From a virus (taxonomy: Duplodnaviria; Caudoviricetes): a DNA stretch of 57,180 bases. Of the stretch, positions 1 through 10,524 are shown piece after piece. The stretch covers positions 1 to 57,180 of the IMG/VR virus record IMGVR_UViG_3300030107_003246; one strand, 5' to 3'. Each line of letters begins with the position of its first letter. Positions within the stretch are counted from its first letter, which is position 1. The notes below the pieces were generated by a model. The model worked only from the letters and a program-made list of their open reading frames with translations. It was not told the DNA's origin and made no database searches. The position numbers and the translations under genes are program-made.

Positions 1-1
1 A

Positions 2-3000
2 AAAGGTGTTGATAATTCATCAACCATAACTGCATTACAATTAGATATGTCAGAGGCTGGGAAAGCAATATTTAATTCAGATGTAAGTAGTTCAATAGCT
101 TCAACCTTTAGTGCTGGTACAGGTTCATTTGGACACATTGATGGTACTGGTGTATCTGACCAATTAGCCGCAGCCATAGTAGCAGAAATTGATAATGATG
201 AAATACCAATTGCGAGATTAGCAGAGGATGCAGTTACTGTTACTGCTGGAACTGGTTTGACAGATGGTGGCTCTGTAACATTGGGTGGTTCGGTTACATT
301 GAATGTAGCGGCTGGAAACTTTATAGATGTACAGGCAAACCAAGTTGATGTAGATTTATCTGAAGCTAGTGAAGCCGCTATTGCTGATGGTGACTACGTT
401 CTTTTCTTAGATGGTGGTGCTACTGGTACTTTGAAAAAAGAAGCATTGGCAGATGTAACCACATTATTTGCAGGTGCTGGTATGACTGCCACTAACTCAG
501 TTTTAAATGTTATAGGTGGAACAGGTATAACTGCTAACGCTAATGAAATAACTACTACGGACAGTGAAATCGTACACGATGATTTAAGTGGATTTGTTGC
601 TAATGAACACATAGACCATAGTGGAGTAACAATTACAGCAGGAGATGGTTTAACAGGCGGTGGAACAATAGCCTCAACAAGAACTCTTGCAGTTGGCGCT
701 GGTACAGGTATTGATGTTGCAGCTGATGCTGTTTCAGTAGATGTCTCAGACTTTATGACAAATGGTTCAAACAATAGGGTTCTAACTGCTACTGGTACAG
801 ACGCTATGAACGCTGAAGCTAATCTTACTTTTGATGGAAGTACATTAACTATTACAGGTGATGCAATTGTTGCAAATGAAAAAGCCATATCAACTTCAAC
901 ATTTATATCAGGTATAACTGGAGATGGATTTAGATTAGAAGACCAGGGTTCTGATGGAACATTATTAGAGGTAGACAATGTAGTAGTAAGAAATACACTA
1001 AGAACGCACATATTCCAAAAGGATATTGTTAAAGCAACCAATGGTATTTTATTTATTTCAGATAGTGGTGTTATATCAGGTTCTACTGGAACTACGAGTA
1101 GTGGTACAGTGTCTTTTGACAATACAAAATCAGCTACATTTACTAACAATCAAGAATTATTTTTTAAAGATGTTGCTGATGATGGAACAATAAACTCTGT
1201 ACATTTTACAATAAATGGAAGTAAGTCTACAAGTGGAGATATTGATACATACGATGTGGATAATGTTGTTGGAAACTTATCCAATTTAACAACTGGTGGT
1301 ACAGCAGCTAGAATAACTGGTGGTACATTAACCTTAGATGCTTCGTCACCAAACAGTCCTTATTTAGATGTAAACGCTGCTAGTGGTTCACCTGTAGTAA
1401 GAGTTGGTAATTTAGCTGGAATAACATCTCCTAGATTTGGAGCTTTATCAAACGACCACGCATTTGGAATGTGGGCATCAGGTTCTGTTTACTTAGAGGG
1501 TGCTATAAATGCTAAAACAGGTAATATTGGTACTTGGGGAATCGGTGCTACTGCTATCAGTAGTTCTGGCAATACAGTAAATATAGATGCCGATGCTGAG
1601 AGAATTACTATCTCTAAAGCTGATGGTACTAATATGATTTTCTTAGGTGAGGTTGATGGTGGTAGTGTATATGGATTGAAAATTTTTGATGGAACTGGAA
1701 CAGCTGATGGTGACATTTTAGTTGAGTTAGGTCAAGGTGGAAACACAATAGCAGGTTGGACTGTATCAACTGGTGCTATTACAAGTCCAAGTAGTATCAT
1801 AACTATAAGTTCAGATGCAAAAAGAATTACGATTAACGATGGAAGTAATGATAGAATTTATTTAGGTGAAGTTGATGGTAGCACAACTTACGGATTAAAA
1901 ATATTTGATGGTGGTGGAACTGCTGATGGAAACAGATTAGTAGAACTTGGTGAGGGCGCTAATATGATTGCTGGTTGGGATTTGATGCCAGGAACAATTA
2001 AGAGCGATAATCAAGGTGGAAGTGTTGCTCTAAGTGCATTTAGTCAATCTCTTACAATTTGGACTGGTAGTATAAATTACGGACAACCTAAACTTGTATT
2101 AGGTAAGTTGCCATTACACGATGGAACTGTAGATAGCCCATATGGTTTGGCAGTATTTAGTGGTAGTATAGGAGAGACTGTATCAGGCTCTGAAGAAAAT
2201 GCTTCGGTATTAATAACAGCAAACAAAGCTAGATTAGCTGGTTGGGAACTTATACCTGGTAGATTGAGTAGTGGTACAGTTGCTGATATAAATGGTAATA
2301 ATGCTTCAATCGCACTTGGAACTGGCGCTACCACAGCAACTGGTACACCAACAGACGGATTATTTTTTGTTAGTGCTTCAACATCGCCTGTGTTCTATGT
2401 TGGTTCAACATTCTCTTATGTCGATGATGTTCTTACTGCTGGTGGTTGGAAGATTGGTAAAGGACAAATATCATCTTCTAATGGACAAGCGATATTAAGT
2501 GGTAGTGGTGTTCTTTCTTTAGGAACTGGAACACATAATTATGCTCAATCTAATAGAACTTATATTGATGGACCTGGCAATAGAATGTCTATTGGTAGAT
2601 ACTTTCAGTTTTCTAGTAATGTATTAAATGTTGCTGATTGGGAAATTGGTGATAAAAAAATAATTTACAACGATAGTGGAACTGAGAGATTTAGATTAGA
2701 TGCTCTTACAGGAGATGTTCAGATAGATGGAGATGACGCGCTTGGAATAATTCTTGGAGATGTAGGCGCTGGTATTTCATTAGATTCTGAGACTAGTATA
2801 CCTGTATTTTTTGGTACAAAAGAGGATGGAAGTCAAAGTGTATTTAGAGTAGGTAGTACTAGTGCTTTTATGAAGTTTGACAGTGGTGTTGGTTTTGAAG
2901 TAAGTTCTTCTAAATTTCAGATAAAAACTGATGGGGATGTAGTAGTTAGAAAAGTAGATGCTGTTGCTGGTACAATTGGCGGATTCAGTATTACAAATAG

Positions 3001-3208
3001 TGCAATATCAAGTTCATCAACACCAAAAAGAGGTTTGATACTAAAGCCAGGTGATTCTATTAAGGGATTCGGAACAACTGCTCATACATTAAGAAGTGCA
3101 CAAGGTAAATTTAGTTTTGGTGTTGGTGCAATAGCACCACCAGAAGGTGCTGATGTACAATGGAATTCAGATATGGCTGCCGCACCTGGTGGTGATATTT
3201 CGTTATAA
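2..3208 (+). CDS. Large tail fibre / baseplate-associated virion protein, 5'-truncated
   Basis: Frame is open from base 2 (KGVDNSSTITALQLD-M), so the gene starts upstream of the window. G/S/T-rich, with VTxTAGxGLTxGG and I[AG]GW beta-repeats and a tandem ~77-aa duplication containing LGEVDGxxxYGLKIFDG. Confidence 0.7.
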   Translation, partial: KGVDNSSTITALQLDMSEAGKAIFNSDVSSSIASTFSAGTGSFGHIDGTGVSDQLAAAIVAEIDNDEIPIARLAEDAVTVTAGTGLTDGGSVTLGGSVTLNVAAGNFIDVQANQVDVDLSEASEAAIADGDYVLFLDGGATGTLKKEALADVTTLFAGAGMTATNSVLNVIGGTGITANANEITTTDSEIVHDDLSGFVANEHIDHSGVTITAGDGLTGGGTIASTRTLAVGAGTGIDVAADAVSVDVSDFMTNGSNNRVLTATGTDAMNAEANLTFDGSTLTITGDAIVANEKAISTSTFISGITGDGFRLEDQGSDGTLLEVDNVVVRNTLRTHIFQKDIVKATNGILFISDSGVISGSTGTTSSGTVSFDNTKSATFTNNQELFFKDVADDGTINSVHFTINGSKSTSGDIDTYDVDNVVGNLSNLTTGGTAARITGGTLTLDASSPNSPYLDVNAASGSPVVRVGNLAGITSPRFGALSNDHAFGMWASGSVYLEGAINAKTGNIGTWGIGATAISSSGNTVNIDADAERITISKADGTNMIFLGEVDGGSVYGLKIFDGTGTADGDILVELGQGGNTIAGWTVSTGAITSPSSIITISSDAKRITINDGSNDRIYLGEVDGSTTYGLKIFDGGGTADGNRLVELGEGANMIAGWDLMPGTIKSDNQGGSVALSAFSQSLTIWTGSINYGQPKLVLGKLPLHDGTVDSPYGLAVFSGSIGETVSGSEENASVLITANKARLAGWELIPGRLSSGTVADINGNNASIALGTGATTATGTPTDGLFFVSASTSPVFYVGSTFSYVDDVLTAGGWKIGKGQISSSNGQAILSGSGVLSLGTGTHNYAQSNRTYIDGPGNRMSIGRYFQFSSNVLNVADWEIGDKKIIYNDSGTERFRLDALTGDVQIDGDDALGIILGDVGAGISLDSETSIPVFFGTKEDGSQSVFRVGSTSAFMKFDSGVGFEVSSSKFQIKTDGDVVVRKVDAVAGTIGGFSITNSAISSSSTPKRGLILKPGDSIKGFGTTAHTLRSAQGKFSFGVGAIAPPEGADVQWNSDMAAAPGGDISL

Positions 3209-3223
3209 TAGGAGGAATAAATA

Positions 3224-5530
3224 ATGGCAAATTATCCATTTAAAATAAATATAACAAAAGGAAATGGTGATCAAGTAACTTTTTACACATCTTCCTTTGC
3301 AACAGATGCTGATGCATTAGTAAGTGCTTCAGTTATGGTTGAAAAAATAAATTTAATACCTGCTGGCAACACATATATTGAAAGTATAGAAGCAACTAAT
3401 ATGCATGGCTCAAGAAAATATGGTCAAAGTAATGAGGGTTCAGATTTCCTTTCAGCTTCTTACACAGAACCAAACACAGGTAGTGTAATTTTTACAGATA
3501 CAGAAACAAGTACTAATGATGGTCTTGCTTCATATCAGTTTCACGGAACTAAAGTTTGTTCTGTTTTGGGTATACCAGAGGGTATACCTATAAGACCTGA
3601 AAACTTTAAATTTGATGATAGCGCAGATGGATCGAATTATTTATCTGGAGATGTAGTTGCAGATAGTATACAATTAAAGCAAGGATTAAAAATGTCGTCA
3701 CAAGCAAGAATGAGAAGTAACTTAGTTTGGGATGAAGTTTTTGGAGAAGGAAATATACAGTGGGTTAGTGGAAGTTCTAATCAATTAAGAATTGGTTATG
3801 ATGACCAAAATGATGACTACCAAATTAGAGGAAATGGTGCGACAATCATTGAAGGTTTTAAGCATATCGGAACTACAAGTAATTCTATAAGAAGTGGCAG
3901 TTTTTTAAGATTAGATGCTGCTGATATAGATATGAAGTCTGGTGCTGGTAAACTTACTGTCGGAGAAACAGGCGCTCCGATAATCCAAATAGGTGATGGT
4001 TATGGGATTACAGACGCCGCACCTGGTGCTGGTTTAGGTAATTTAGCTGGTATATATATAGGCTCACAAGCTAAAATAAAGATGACTTCTGGACCAGGAG
4101 ATGGTTCTGATGCAGAAGCAGAATTAACTCCAAGTGGTTTTTATATTGAACTTACCAATACTAGTACTTTTGCCAATACGGCTACGGATAGTGATTTTCA
4201 ACTTGTACTACGAAACAATACCGATACATCAGAAGCTTTTGTCGGTATTGCATTTCAAGCAGAAGCTGGATTTAATGCTGATAGAATAAATGCGGCTATC
4301 TTTGCAGAGAGGGTAGATGCTGGTGCTAGTGATGTTAATAGTGATTTGGTATTTGCAACTAATAATGATGCTGACGATGATTTGTTTGAAAGGATGCGCT
4401 TAGATACTAATGGAAATTTAGGGATCGGTACAGATACTCCTGGTACGGCTGGTGGCACAGTAGGATCAACTGGCGGATTGCTACATCTAGGATCATCCGC
4501 AAGTTCAGGTTCAATTATAAAATTAGAAAATACAAATACAGATGCTTATGCGGGAGCTATTCATTTTATTAAAAATGGGCATGGTGAAGCTGACAATGAT
4601 GTTATAGGTAATATAGAGTTCAGAGGTGACGATAGTGGAAATAATGAAACTATATTTGCTTATATTCGAGCAAGGTCAGGTGATATTACTGATGGTAGTG
4701 AAGATGGAGATTTAGAATTTCATTGTATAGATGGTGGTGTTGATAGAACTATGATGTATCTGAATGGAGATACTGCTGATGTTGTCGTCTATCAAGATTT
4801 ATATGTTACAGGTACTGAACCTGATTTTGGTGCACTTGGCACTAAACATTATAGAATACATAACAATAATTCTCATAACTATCACGATTTTACTGGTGGT
4901 GATTGGATTATTAGAAATAATACTACTACTCTTTGGACTTTAGCTGACTCTACAGATGTTATGGCTATGAGAAAAATAAAGCCAAGTTCAGATAATACCT
5001 ATGATATAGGTGGAAGTAGTGCTAGATGGGATAATATATATGCCACAAATGGAACGATACAAACTTCTGATAGAAATGAAAAAACACAAATAACTAGTTC
5101 TGATTTAGGATTATCTTTTATAAACGATCTTAATCCTGTAAAGTATAAGTGGATAAGTGGTAGTAGAACACATTATGGATTGATAGCGCAAGAAGTATCT
5201 CAATCATTATCAGGTGATTTTGCTGGATATATTGAACCAAAACTTTATCAAAGTGCAAGTTTACAATTAGAAAATTATACATCTGATATGTCAGGCTCTG
5301 CTTTGACTTACAAAGATTATGCTGAAAATACATTACTTACGGAAATTAGTGATTGGGATGAATATACATTTTATGGTACAGGTAGTTTAGGATTGAGGTA
5401 TGATGAATTCATATCACCGATGATAAAAGCTATACAAGAATTATCTGCACAGGTAGAAACTCTAAAAGCACAAATAAGTGGTAGTAGTGACTTTAACGCT
5501 TTAAAAACGACACTTACCAATAATGGATAA
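3224..5530 (+). CDS. Tail fibre/spike with C-terminal peptidase S74-type intramolecular chaperone
   Basis: TSDRNEK cleavage-site motif, LNPVKYKW, HYGLIAQEV, LRYDEFISPMIKAIQEL coiled coil; RMRLDTNGNLGIGT fibre repeat; SD AGGAGG upstream. Confidence 0.85.
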   Translation: MANYPFKINITKGNGDQVTFYTSSFATDADALVSASVMVEKINLIPAGNTYIESIEATNMHGSRKYGQSNEGSDFLSASYTEPNTGSVIFTDTETSTNDGLASYQFHGTKVCSVLGIPEGIPIRPENFKFDDSADGSNYLSGDVVADSIQLKQGLKMSSQARMRSNLVWDEVFGEGNIQWVSGSSNQLRIGYDDQNDDYQIRGNGATIIEGFKHIGTTSNSIRSGSFLRLDAADIDMKSGAGKLTVGETGAPIIQIGDGYGITDAAPGAGLGNLAGIYIGSQAKIKMTSGPGDGSDAEAELTPSGFYIELTNTSTFANTATDSDFQLVLRNNTDTSEAFVGIAFQAEAGFNADRINAAIFAERVDAGASDVNSDLVFATNNDADDDLFERMRLDTNGNLGIGTDTPGTAGGTVGSTGGLLHLGSSASSGSIIKLENTNTDAYAGAIHFIKNGHGEADNDVIGNIEFRGDDSGNNETIFAYIRARSGDITDGSEDGDLEFHCIDGGVDRTMMYLNGDTADVVVYQDLYVTGTEPDFGALGTKHYRIHNNNSHNYHDFTGGDWIIRNNTTTLWTLADSTDVMAMRKIKPSSDNTYDIGGSSARWDNIYATNGTIQTSDRNEKTQITSSDLGLSFINDLNPVKYKWISGSRTHYGLIAQEVSQSLSGDFAGYIEPKLYQSASLQLENYTSDMSGSALTYKDYAENTLLTEISDWDEYTFYGTGSLGLRYDEFISPMIKAIQELSAQVETLKAQISGSSDFNALKTTLTNNG

Positions 5531-5542
5531 TTCACAAACTTT

Positions 5543-5551
5543 ATATTTATA
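5543..5551 (+). promoter_or_regulatory. Putative late promoter ATATTTATA
   Basis: Motif recurs in about 12 intergenic gaps upstream of structural genes. Confidence 0.65.
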
Positions 5552-5574
5552 TATGAATAACTACATAGGAAATT

Positions 5575-8500
5575 ATGGATAAACTCACAGAATTCTTAAC
5601 AAAACCTTTTTTAACTGAGGGAGCTAGAGATCCAGGTATATTTAAAGCTATATTTTTAGCTGGTGGACCTGGAAGTGGTAAATCTTATGTTGCTGGTCAA
5701 TTATTTGGTATACCTGAAAAGATAAATGTATCTAAGTCAGGTTTAAAAATGGTAAACCAAGATTCTGAATTGGAAATGTTACTAAAGAAATACTATGGTA
5801 CTACAGACTTAGATATTATGCCAGATGAACTATTTGCTGATTTGACAGGTGTTGATAGAGATGGAAATAAAGTTGATTACGATACAAGCGGTTTAAGAGC
5901 ATTTGCCAAAACATTAAGTAAAGAAAGATTGAGATTATATACTGAGGGTAGATTGGGTGTAATTATAGATGGAACTGGACACAAATATGGTTCTGTAAAA
6001 GAAAAGAAACAAAAATTAGAAGCATTGGGTTATGATTGTTTTATGGTTTTTGTTAATACATCATTAGAAGTTGCTCTACAAAGAAATGAAGAAAGAGCAA
6101 GGGTTGTGCCAGAAAAAATTGTTAGAAAGAGTTGGCAAGATGTTCAAAACAATTTAGCATTTTTTCAAGGTTTGTTTGGTATGGGTAATTTTATGGTGGT
6201 TGGTAATAATAAGTTTTTAGATGCCAATCAAGCAAAAAGAAAATTTAAAATGTTAGTTAGTAAAGGTATTGATAAGTTTTTAAAACAGAAACCTAAAAAT
6301 AAAATAGCAAAGGCTTGGTTAAGAAAAGAAAAGAAATTTCAAAAAGTATTTAAAGATCCTGGCCAATCTCGTTTCTTTGAGGCTATTAAGATAGATGTTA
6401 ATGTTGGTGATACAATTAAAGTAGGTAGATTCAAAAACAAAAAAGTGTATGTTAAAAGTATTGGAAAAGACAAACACGGAATGCCAACAATAAATGGAAA
6501 GCCAGTTGTAAAATTTAGAATGGGTAAAGATACAGACTTTTTGAAAAGTGTAGATGAAGCACCAAGAGTTCCACGAAAGAAAGGACAACATCGTGGTTCA
6601 AAGTCACATTCAGATTTATACACAGATGAAAATCCAAAAGGAACAATCAAAGGATTAAAGTTCGCTACAGTCGCAGATGCTAAGGCTTCTGTAAGTAAGA
6701 TAAATGGAAGTGGTAAAAAACACGCACACAAAATTCAAGCTGCTGTCGCTATGGAACAAAGAGCTAGAGAGATGGGTAAGGCTTCACAAGCTGCTGTTTA
6801 TAGAGCATACATCAATAAGATGAAAAAGAAAACCAAAAAGAAGAATGAAGAGTTTGGTGCACCTAAAGGATTCTTACCATCACCAAGCCGTAAGATGGTA
6901 AAGAAGATGAAGAAGAAAGGAAACACTTCAGTTCCCTATGGTAGTGGTTATAAAAAAATAAAAAATATAAAAGAAAGTCTTGACTTGTATACTAAAGAAT
7001 TCGTATATTCTATTGTTGAGAATGGGGATAGTGCATCTAATTTGAACGAAAAAAAAAATAAAAAAGTAATCGGTGTATTTGGTGGTAGATTCCAACCATT
7101 TCATTCAGGTCATTTAGCTACTTACAAATGGTTAAGTAAGAGAGTAGATGAGGCTTATATAACCACATCTAATATCAAACAACCACCACGACATCCATTG
7201 AACTTCAAAGAAAAAGTTCAACATATGGTTAAGATGGGCATTCCTAAAAACAGAATCATAGAGGAAAAATCACCTTATGTAGCAAACAATCTTTTGAAAA
7301 AATTTAAAGCCGATGATACAGCAGTTGTCTACACCTTTGGTGCAAAAGACGCTGGTAGGTTAAAAGCTGGCACAAAAAAGAGTGGTGGTAAAACTTACTA
7401 TCAAGACTTTTTAAAAAACAAAAATAATTTAGAGGGATTCGACATACACGGATATTATCTTACAGCACCACAATCAGGTAATGTTAGTGGCACTCAAATG
7501 AGACAATTGTTAGGAGATCCTAATATAGACGAAAAACAAAGACAAAAGTTATTTAAAAGTTCGTTTGGATACTTTGACAAAGCTGTCTATAATATGATGA
7601 CAAAAAGTTTTAAAAAACTATTTGAATCATTGATAATAACAGATGAGTTGATAGAAGAATTTTTGTTAGAAGCTACTTCTAGTCCAGATGGAAATTTAGA
7701 TGATGGTCCTTCTACATTTTATACTGATTATAACACATATAAAAAAACTTCTAAAGAATGGTTAGATTCTTTATATGATAAAGCTGGTTGGAAAGTAGTA
7801 AATTATATATTAGATGATAGAGCAGAGAATGGGATAGAGACAAACTACCATTCAGTACCTTTAACATTTTTAGACCACGGTCAAGCTACTGGCTCTACGA
7901 GAGCAGTCAATAAATACAAAAAATGGATGGGGGAAGTTGTTAGACCATTAGGTTGGGAAATAGTTAATTGGATGGGAAGTTCAGCTGCTATCAATAATAT
8001 TATAGGTAGTTTATTTGCAGCTGGTGCTGACGCTGATTCTTATACAGATGAAGATGGAGATGGTCTGTTTGAAAACATTCAAAGTAAAAGTAAATTAAAA
8101 CAAAGAAGTAAAGAAAAGGAGTTACTGCTTATGGGCGGAGCTTATGGTCATTTAAGTCATCCATTTGATAATAAAAATCTTACATTTTCAGATTTTAAAA
8201 CACTAATTATTAATACGTTACAAGGTAATCTTAGTAGTGAAGGCGCTGTTACAGAAAAAACAGATGGTCAAAATATAATGATAAGTTGGAAGAATGGAAA
8301 ACTTATCGCAGCTCGTAACAAAGGACATATTAAAAATCACGGTGCCAGTGCATTGGATATAAATGGTATTAAAAATATGTTCGCTGGGAGAGGTGAAATC
8401 GAAAAAGCCTTTGTTTATGCTATGAGAGATTTACAGATAGCAGTTGGAAAATTAAGTAAAGCGCAAAAGGACAAAGTATTTGATGAGGGTAAAAAGTTTA

Positions 8501-9366
8501 TGTCTTTAGAAGTGATATATCCAAAGACAGCAAATGTAATACCATATGATAAAGCATTGTTACAATTTCACGGAACAATAGAGTACGATTCTGCTGGATC
8601 TCCAATAGGAGAGGACAGAGGTAGTGCCAGAATGTTAGCTGGTATGATAAAGCAAATAAATCAAGACATACAAAAAGCATTTAAGATTACAAAACCATTT
8701 GTTACTAATTTGCCAAAAGTAAAAGATTTTAGTAAAAGACAAAGTTACTTTTTAGGTAAATTAAACAAATTAAAAAAAGAGTACGGATTGAAAGATACTG
8801 ATACATTAGCTGATTATCACCAAGCCTATTGGTATGAATATATTTTTAACGCAGGAAAACAATTAGATAATCCTAATGTAAAAAATAATGTTATGGCTGG
8901 TCTTTTAAAAAGATGGGCATTTTTTGATAAGTCCTATAAGATTCCGCAGATTAAAAAAGATTTAAAAGACCACCCTAAATTTTTAGAATGGGTATTATCT
9001 ACTGATAAAAACGACCATTCTAAATTACAGAAAAAACACATTAGAGATTGGGAAGTTCTTTTCTTTGAATTGGGTGCCGAAGTATTATCTAATATCAAAG
9101 ATTTTATAGCAGCTAATCCTGATAAAGCTGTACAAAAGATAAAGAATGATTTGACTAAAACAATTTCTCAGGTAAAAAAAGCAAAGGATCCTTCTAAATT
9201 AGAAATGTTAAAAACACAATTAGATAGATTAAATGCTTTAGGTGGTTTCAAAAAGATTATTCCAAGTGAGGGAATAACTTTTGTTTTCAAAGGAAAGGTT
9301 TATAAGTATACAGGAGCATTTGCACCTGTAAATCAAATTTTAGGAATGTTAAAGTTCGTGAGGTAA
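5575..9366 (+). CDS. Multidomain protein: zeta-toxin/AAA_33-like P-loop kinase, small basic domains, HxGH cytidylyltransferase-like domain and KxDG ligase-like nucleotidyltransferase
   Basis: GGPGSGKS Walker A with IIDGTG and ALQRNEER lid; GGRFQPFHSGH and a late SGT motif; TEKTDGQN followed by AARNKG. Confidence 0.7.
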   Translation: MDKLTEFLTKPFLTEGARDPGIFKAIFLAGGPGSGKSYVAGQLFGIPEKINVSKSGLKMVNQDSELEMLLKKYYGTTDLDIMPDELFADLTGVDRDGNKVDYDTSGLRAFAKTLSKERLRLYTEGRLGVIIDGTGHKYGSVKEKKQKLEALGYDCFMVFVNTSLEVALQRNEERARVVPEKIVRKSWQDVQNNLAFFQGLFGMGNFMVVGNNKFLDANQAKRKFKMLVSKGIDKFLKQKPKNKIAKAWLRKEKKFQKVFKDPGQSRFFEAIKIDVNVGDTIKVGRFKNKKVYVKSIGKDKHGMPTINGKPVVKFRMGKDTDFLKSVDEAPRVPRKKGQHRGSKSHSDLYTDENPKGTIKGLKFATVADAKASVSKINGSGKKHAHKIQAAVAMEQRAREMGKASQAAVYRAYINKMKKKTKKKNEEFGAPKGFLPSPSRKMVKKMKKKGNTSVPYGSGYKKIKNIKESLDLYTKEFVYSIVENGDSASNLNEKKNKKVIGVFGGRFQPFHSGHLATYKWLSKRVDEAYITTSNIKQPPRHPLNFKEKVQHMVKMGIPKNRIIEEKSPYVANNLLKKFKADDTAVVYTFGAKDAGRLKAGTKKSGGKTYYQDFLKNKNNLEGFDIHGYYLTAPQSGNVSGTQMRQLLGDPNIDEKQRQKLFKSSFGYFDKAVYNMMTKSFKKLFESLIITDELIEEFLLEATSSPDGNLDDGPSTFYTDYNTYKKTSKEWLDSLYDKAGWKVVNYILDDRAENGIETNYHSVPLTFLDHGQATGSTRAVNKYKKWMGEVVRPLGWEIVNWMGSSAAINNIIGSLFAAGADADSYTDEDGDGLFENIQSKSKLKQRSKEKELLLMGGAYGHLSHPFDNKNLTFSDFKTLIINTLQGNLSSEGAVTEKTDGQNIMISWKNGKLIAARNKGHIKNHGASALDINGIKNMFAGRGEIEKAFVYAMRDLQIAVGKLSKAQKDKVFDEGKKFMSLEVIYPKTANVIPYDKALLQFHGTIEYDSAGSPIGEDRGSARMLAGMIKQINQDIQKAFKITKPFVTNLPKVKDFSKRQSYFLGKLNKLKKEYGLKDTDTLADYHQAYWYEYIFNAGKQLDNPNVKNNVMAGLLKRWAFFDKSYKIPQIKKDLKDHPKFLEWVLSTDKNDHSKLQKKHIRDWEVLFFELGAEVLSNIKDFIAANPDKAVQKIKNDLTKTISQVKKAKDPSKLEMLKTQLDRLNALGGFKKIIPSEGITFVFKGKVYKYTGAFAPVNQILGMLKFVR

Positions 9367-9368
9367 TT

Positions 9369-9896
9369 ATGGGATATAGTAAAGAAACAGAAAGACAAAA
9401 TAAAGCATTAGGGGATTTATTGCAAGGAAGAGCGCCTGAAAAAAGAGTAATGGTTGGCTATGAGGGTAAAGAAAAAGAAAAGGGTGATATTATTCCTAAA
9501 ATGACAGAGATAATGAAAGGGGTTAGAATGCCTTGGTTTTGTCCTGAATGTGATTCTGTTATGAAACAAAAATTAGATGATAAGATGTGGAGATTGTTCG
9601 GACATTGTTTTGATTGTCAAGTTAAGATAGAAAATAAACTTCGTATAGAGGGTAAATATGAAGAATGGGCTGAAGAGAAAATCAGACAAAATAAAATTTC
9701 TTTTTTAAAAGATTCTATACAAAAAATAAATGAATTTAGAAATCAAAAAGCTCCTGAATTTTATAATCAAGTTGGAGTTAATTATCCTGAATTAGAAAAA
9801 GAAAAATGGGATGTTGATATGACGCAAGTAAATGCTATGGCTGATGAGGCTTTAGAAGAATACACAAAAGTTTTAAACGAACTGGAGAAACAATAA
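9369..9896 (+). CDS. Zinc-finger (CxxC...CxxC) hypothetical protein
   Basis: CPEC and CFDC pairs; GAGG SD; coupled to neighbouring genes. Confidence 0.6.
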   Translation: MGYSKETERQNKALGDLLQGRAPEKRVMVGYEGKEKEKGDIIPKMTEIMKGVRMPWFCPECDSVMKQKLDDKMWRLFGHCFDCQVKIENKLRIEGKYEEWAEEKIRQNKISFLKDSIQKINEFRNQKAPEFYNQVGVNYPELEKEKWDVDMTQVNAMADEALEEYTKVLNELEKQ

Positions 9897-10204
9897 TGAA
9901 AATTTGGAAATTAATACTCGGATTTTTTGGTGTAGTAGGCGCACTCTTTGCAGCTAAATCAGTTAAAAGTAAAGAAGTTGAAAAGCTAAAAGAAGTTATT
10001 AAAGAAAACAAAAAAGAAGAGAAAAAAGTTGAAAAAGAAATAAAGTCATTAGAAGAAAATAAAAAAGTTTCTAAAAGAGAGATAGGAAATCTCAAAAGAA
10101 AATTAACTAATAGCAAAAAGAAAACTCAAAAGATGCAAGAGGCTTACGATAATGATGAAGTCGAATCAGCTGAAGATTTTTTGAGAAAATTTGCTAAAAA
10201 ATAG
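9896..10204 (+). CDS. Membrane-anchored coiled-coil protein (inner-spanin-like)
   Basis: N-terminal hydrophobic segment LILGFFGVVGALFA followed by a K/E-rich coiled coil. Confidence 0.45.
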   Translation: MKIWKLILGFFGVVGALFAAKSVKSKEVEKLKEVIKENKKEEKKVEKEIKSLEENKKVSKREIGNLKRKLTNSKKKTQKMQEAYDNDEVESAEDFLRKFAKK

Positions 10205-10215
10205 GGAGAAATAAA

Positions 10216-10512
10216 ATGTCAAGCGATATGCATGAATCACCGTCAACTTATGATGAGTTTAAAAAGAAAGGGCATCCAGGTAAATTTTATGCTACTACAA
10301 CTGTAGCAGATGGAATGACTGCTTATACAGGTTCAAATTATGGGTGGAATGCTGCAATAGTAAAAACTCACGGTAGCGCAGTATTTCATTTATCAGGAGG
10401 TGGAACAATACCAGCTACAAATTTATCTGCAGGAGTAGTATATGAATTTTCTTTACAGAAAATAACTGATGCTTCTAGTGCTGTAATTTACCTTTTAAAA
10501 ACACAAGAGTAA
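10216..10512 (+). CDS. Small beta-rich hypothetical protein, possibly virion-associated
   Basis: GGGAG SD; 98 aa with alternating beta-strand pattern. Confidence 0.5.
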   Translation: MSSDMHESPSTYDEFKKKGHPGKFYATTTVADGMTAYTGSNYGWNAAIVKTHGSAVFHLSGGGTIPATNLSAGVVYEFSLQKITDASSAVIYLLKTQE

Positions 10513-10524
10513 GTGAGGATTAGT

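Noticed and set aside
5553-5582. Short upstream ORFs from the ATG in ATATTTATATATGAA (also 14335, 22247, 54177)
   Set aside because: The ATG straddles the predicted start site, so it is probably not fully transcribed; it belongs to the promoter motif.
5575-9366. Kinase plus HxGH transferase as an HldE-like ADP-heptose synthase feeding the heptosyltransferase
   Set aside because: HldE uses a ribokinase-family kinase; this is a P-loop kinase, and the gene lies about 30 kb from the glycosyltransferase cluster.
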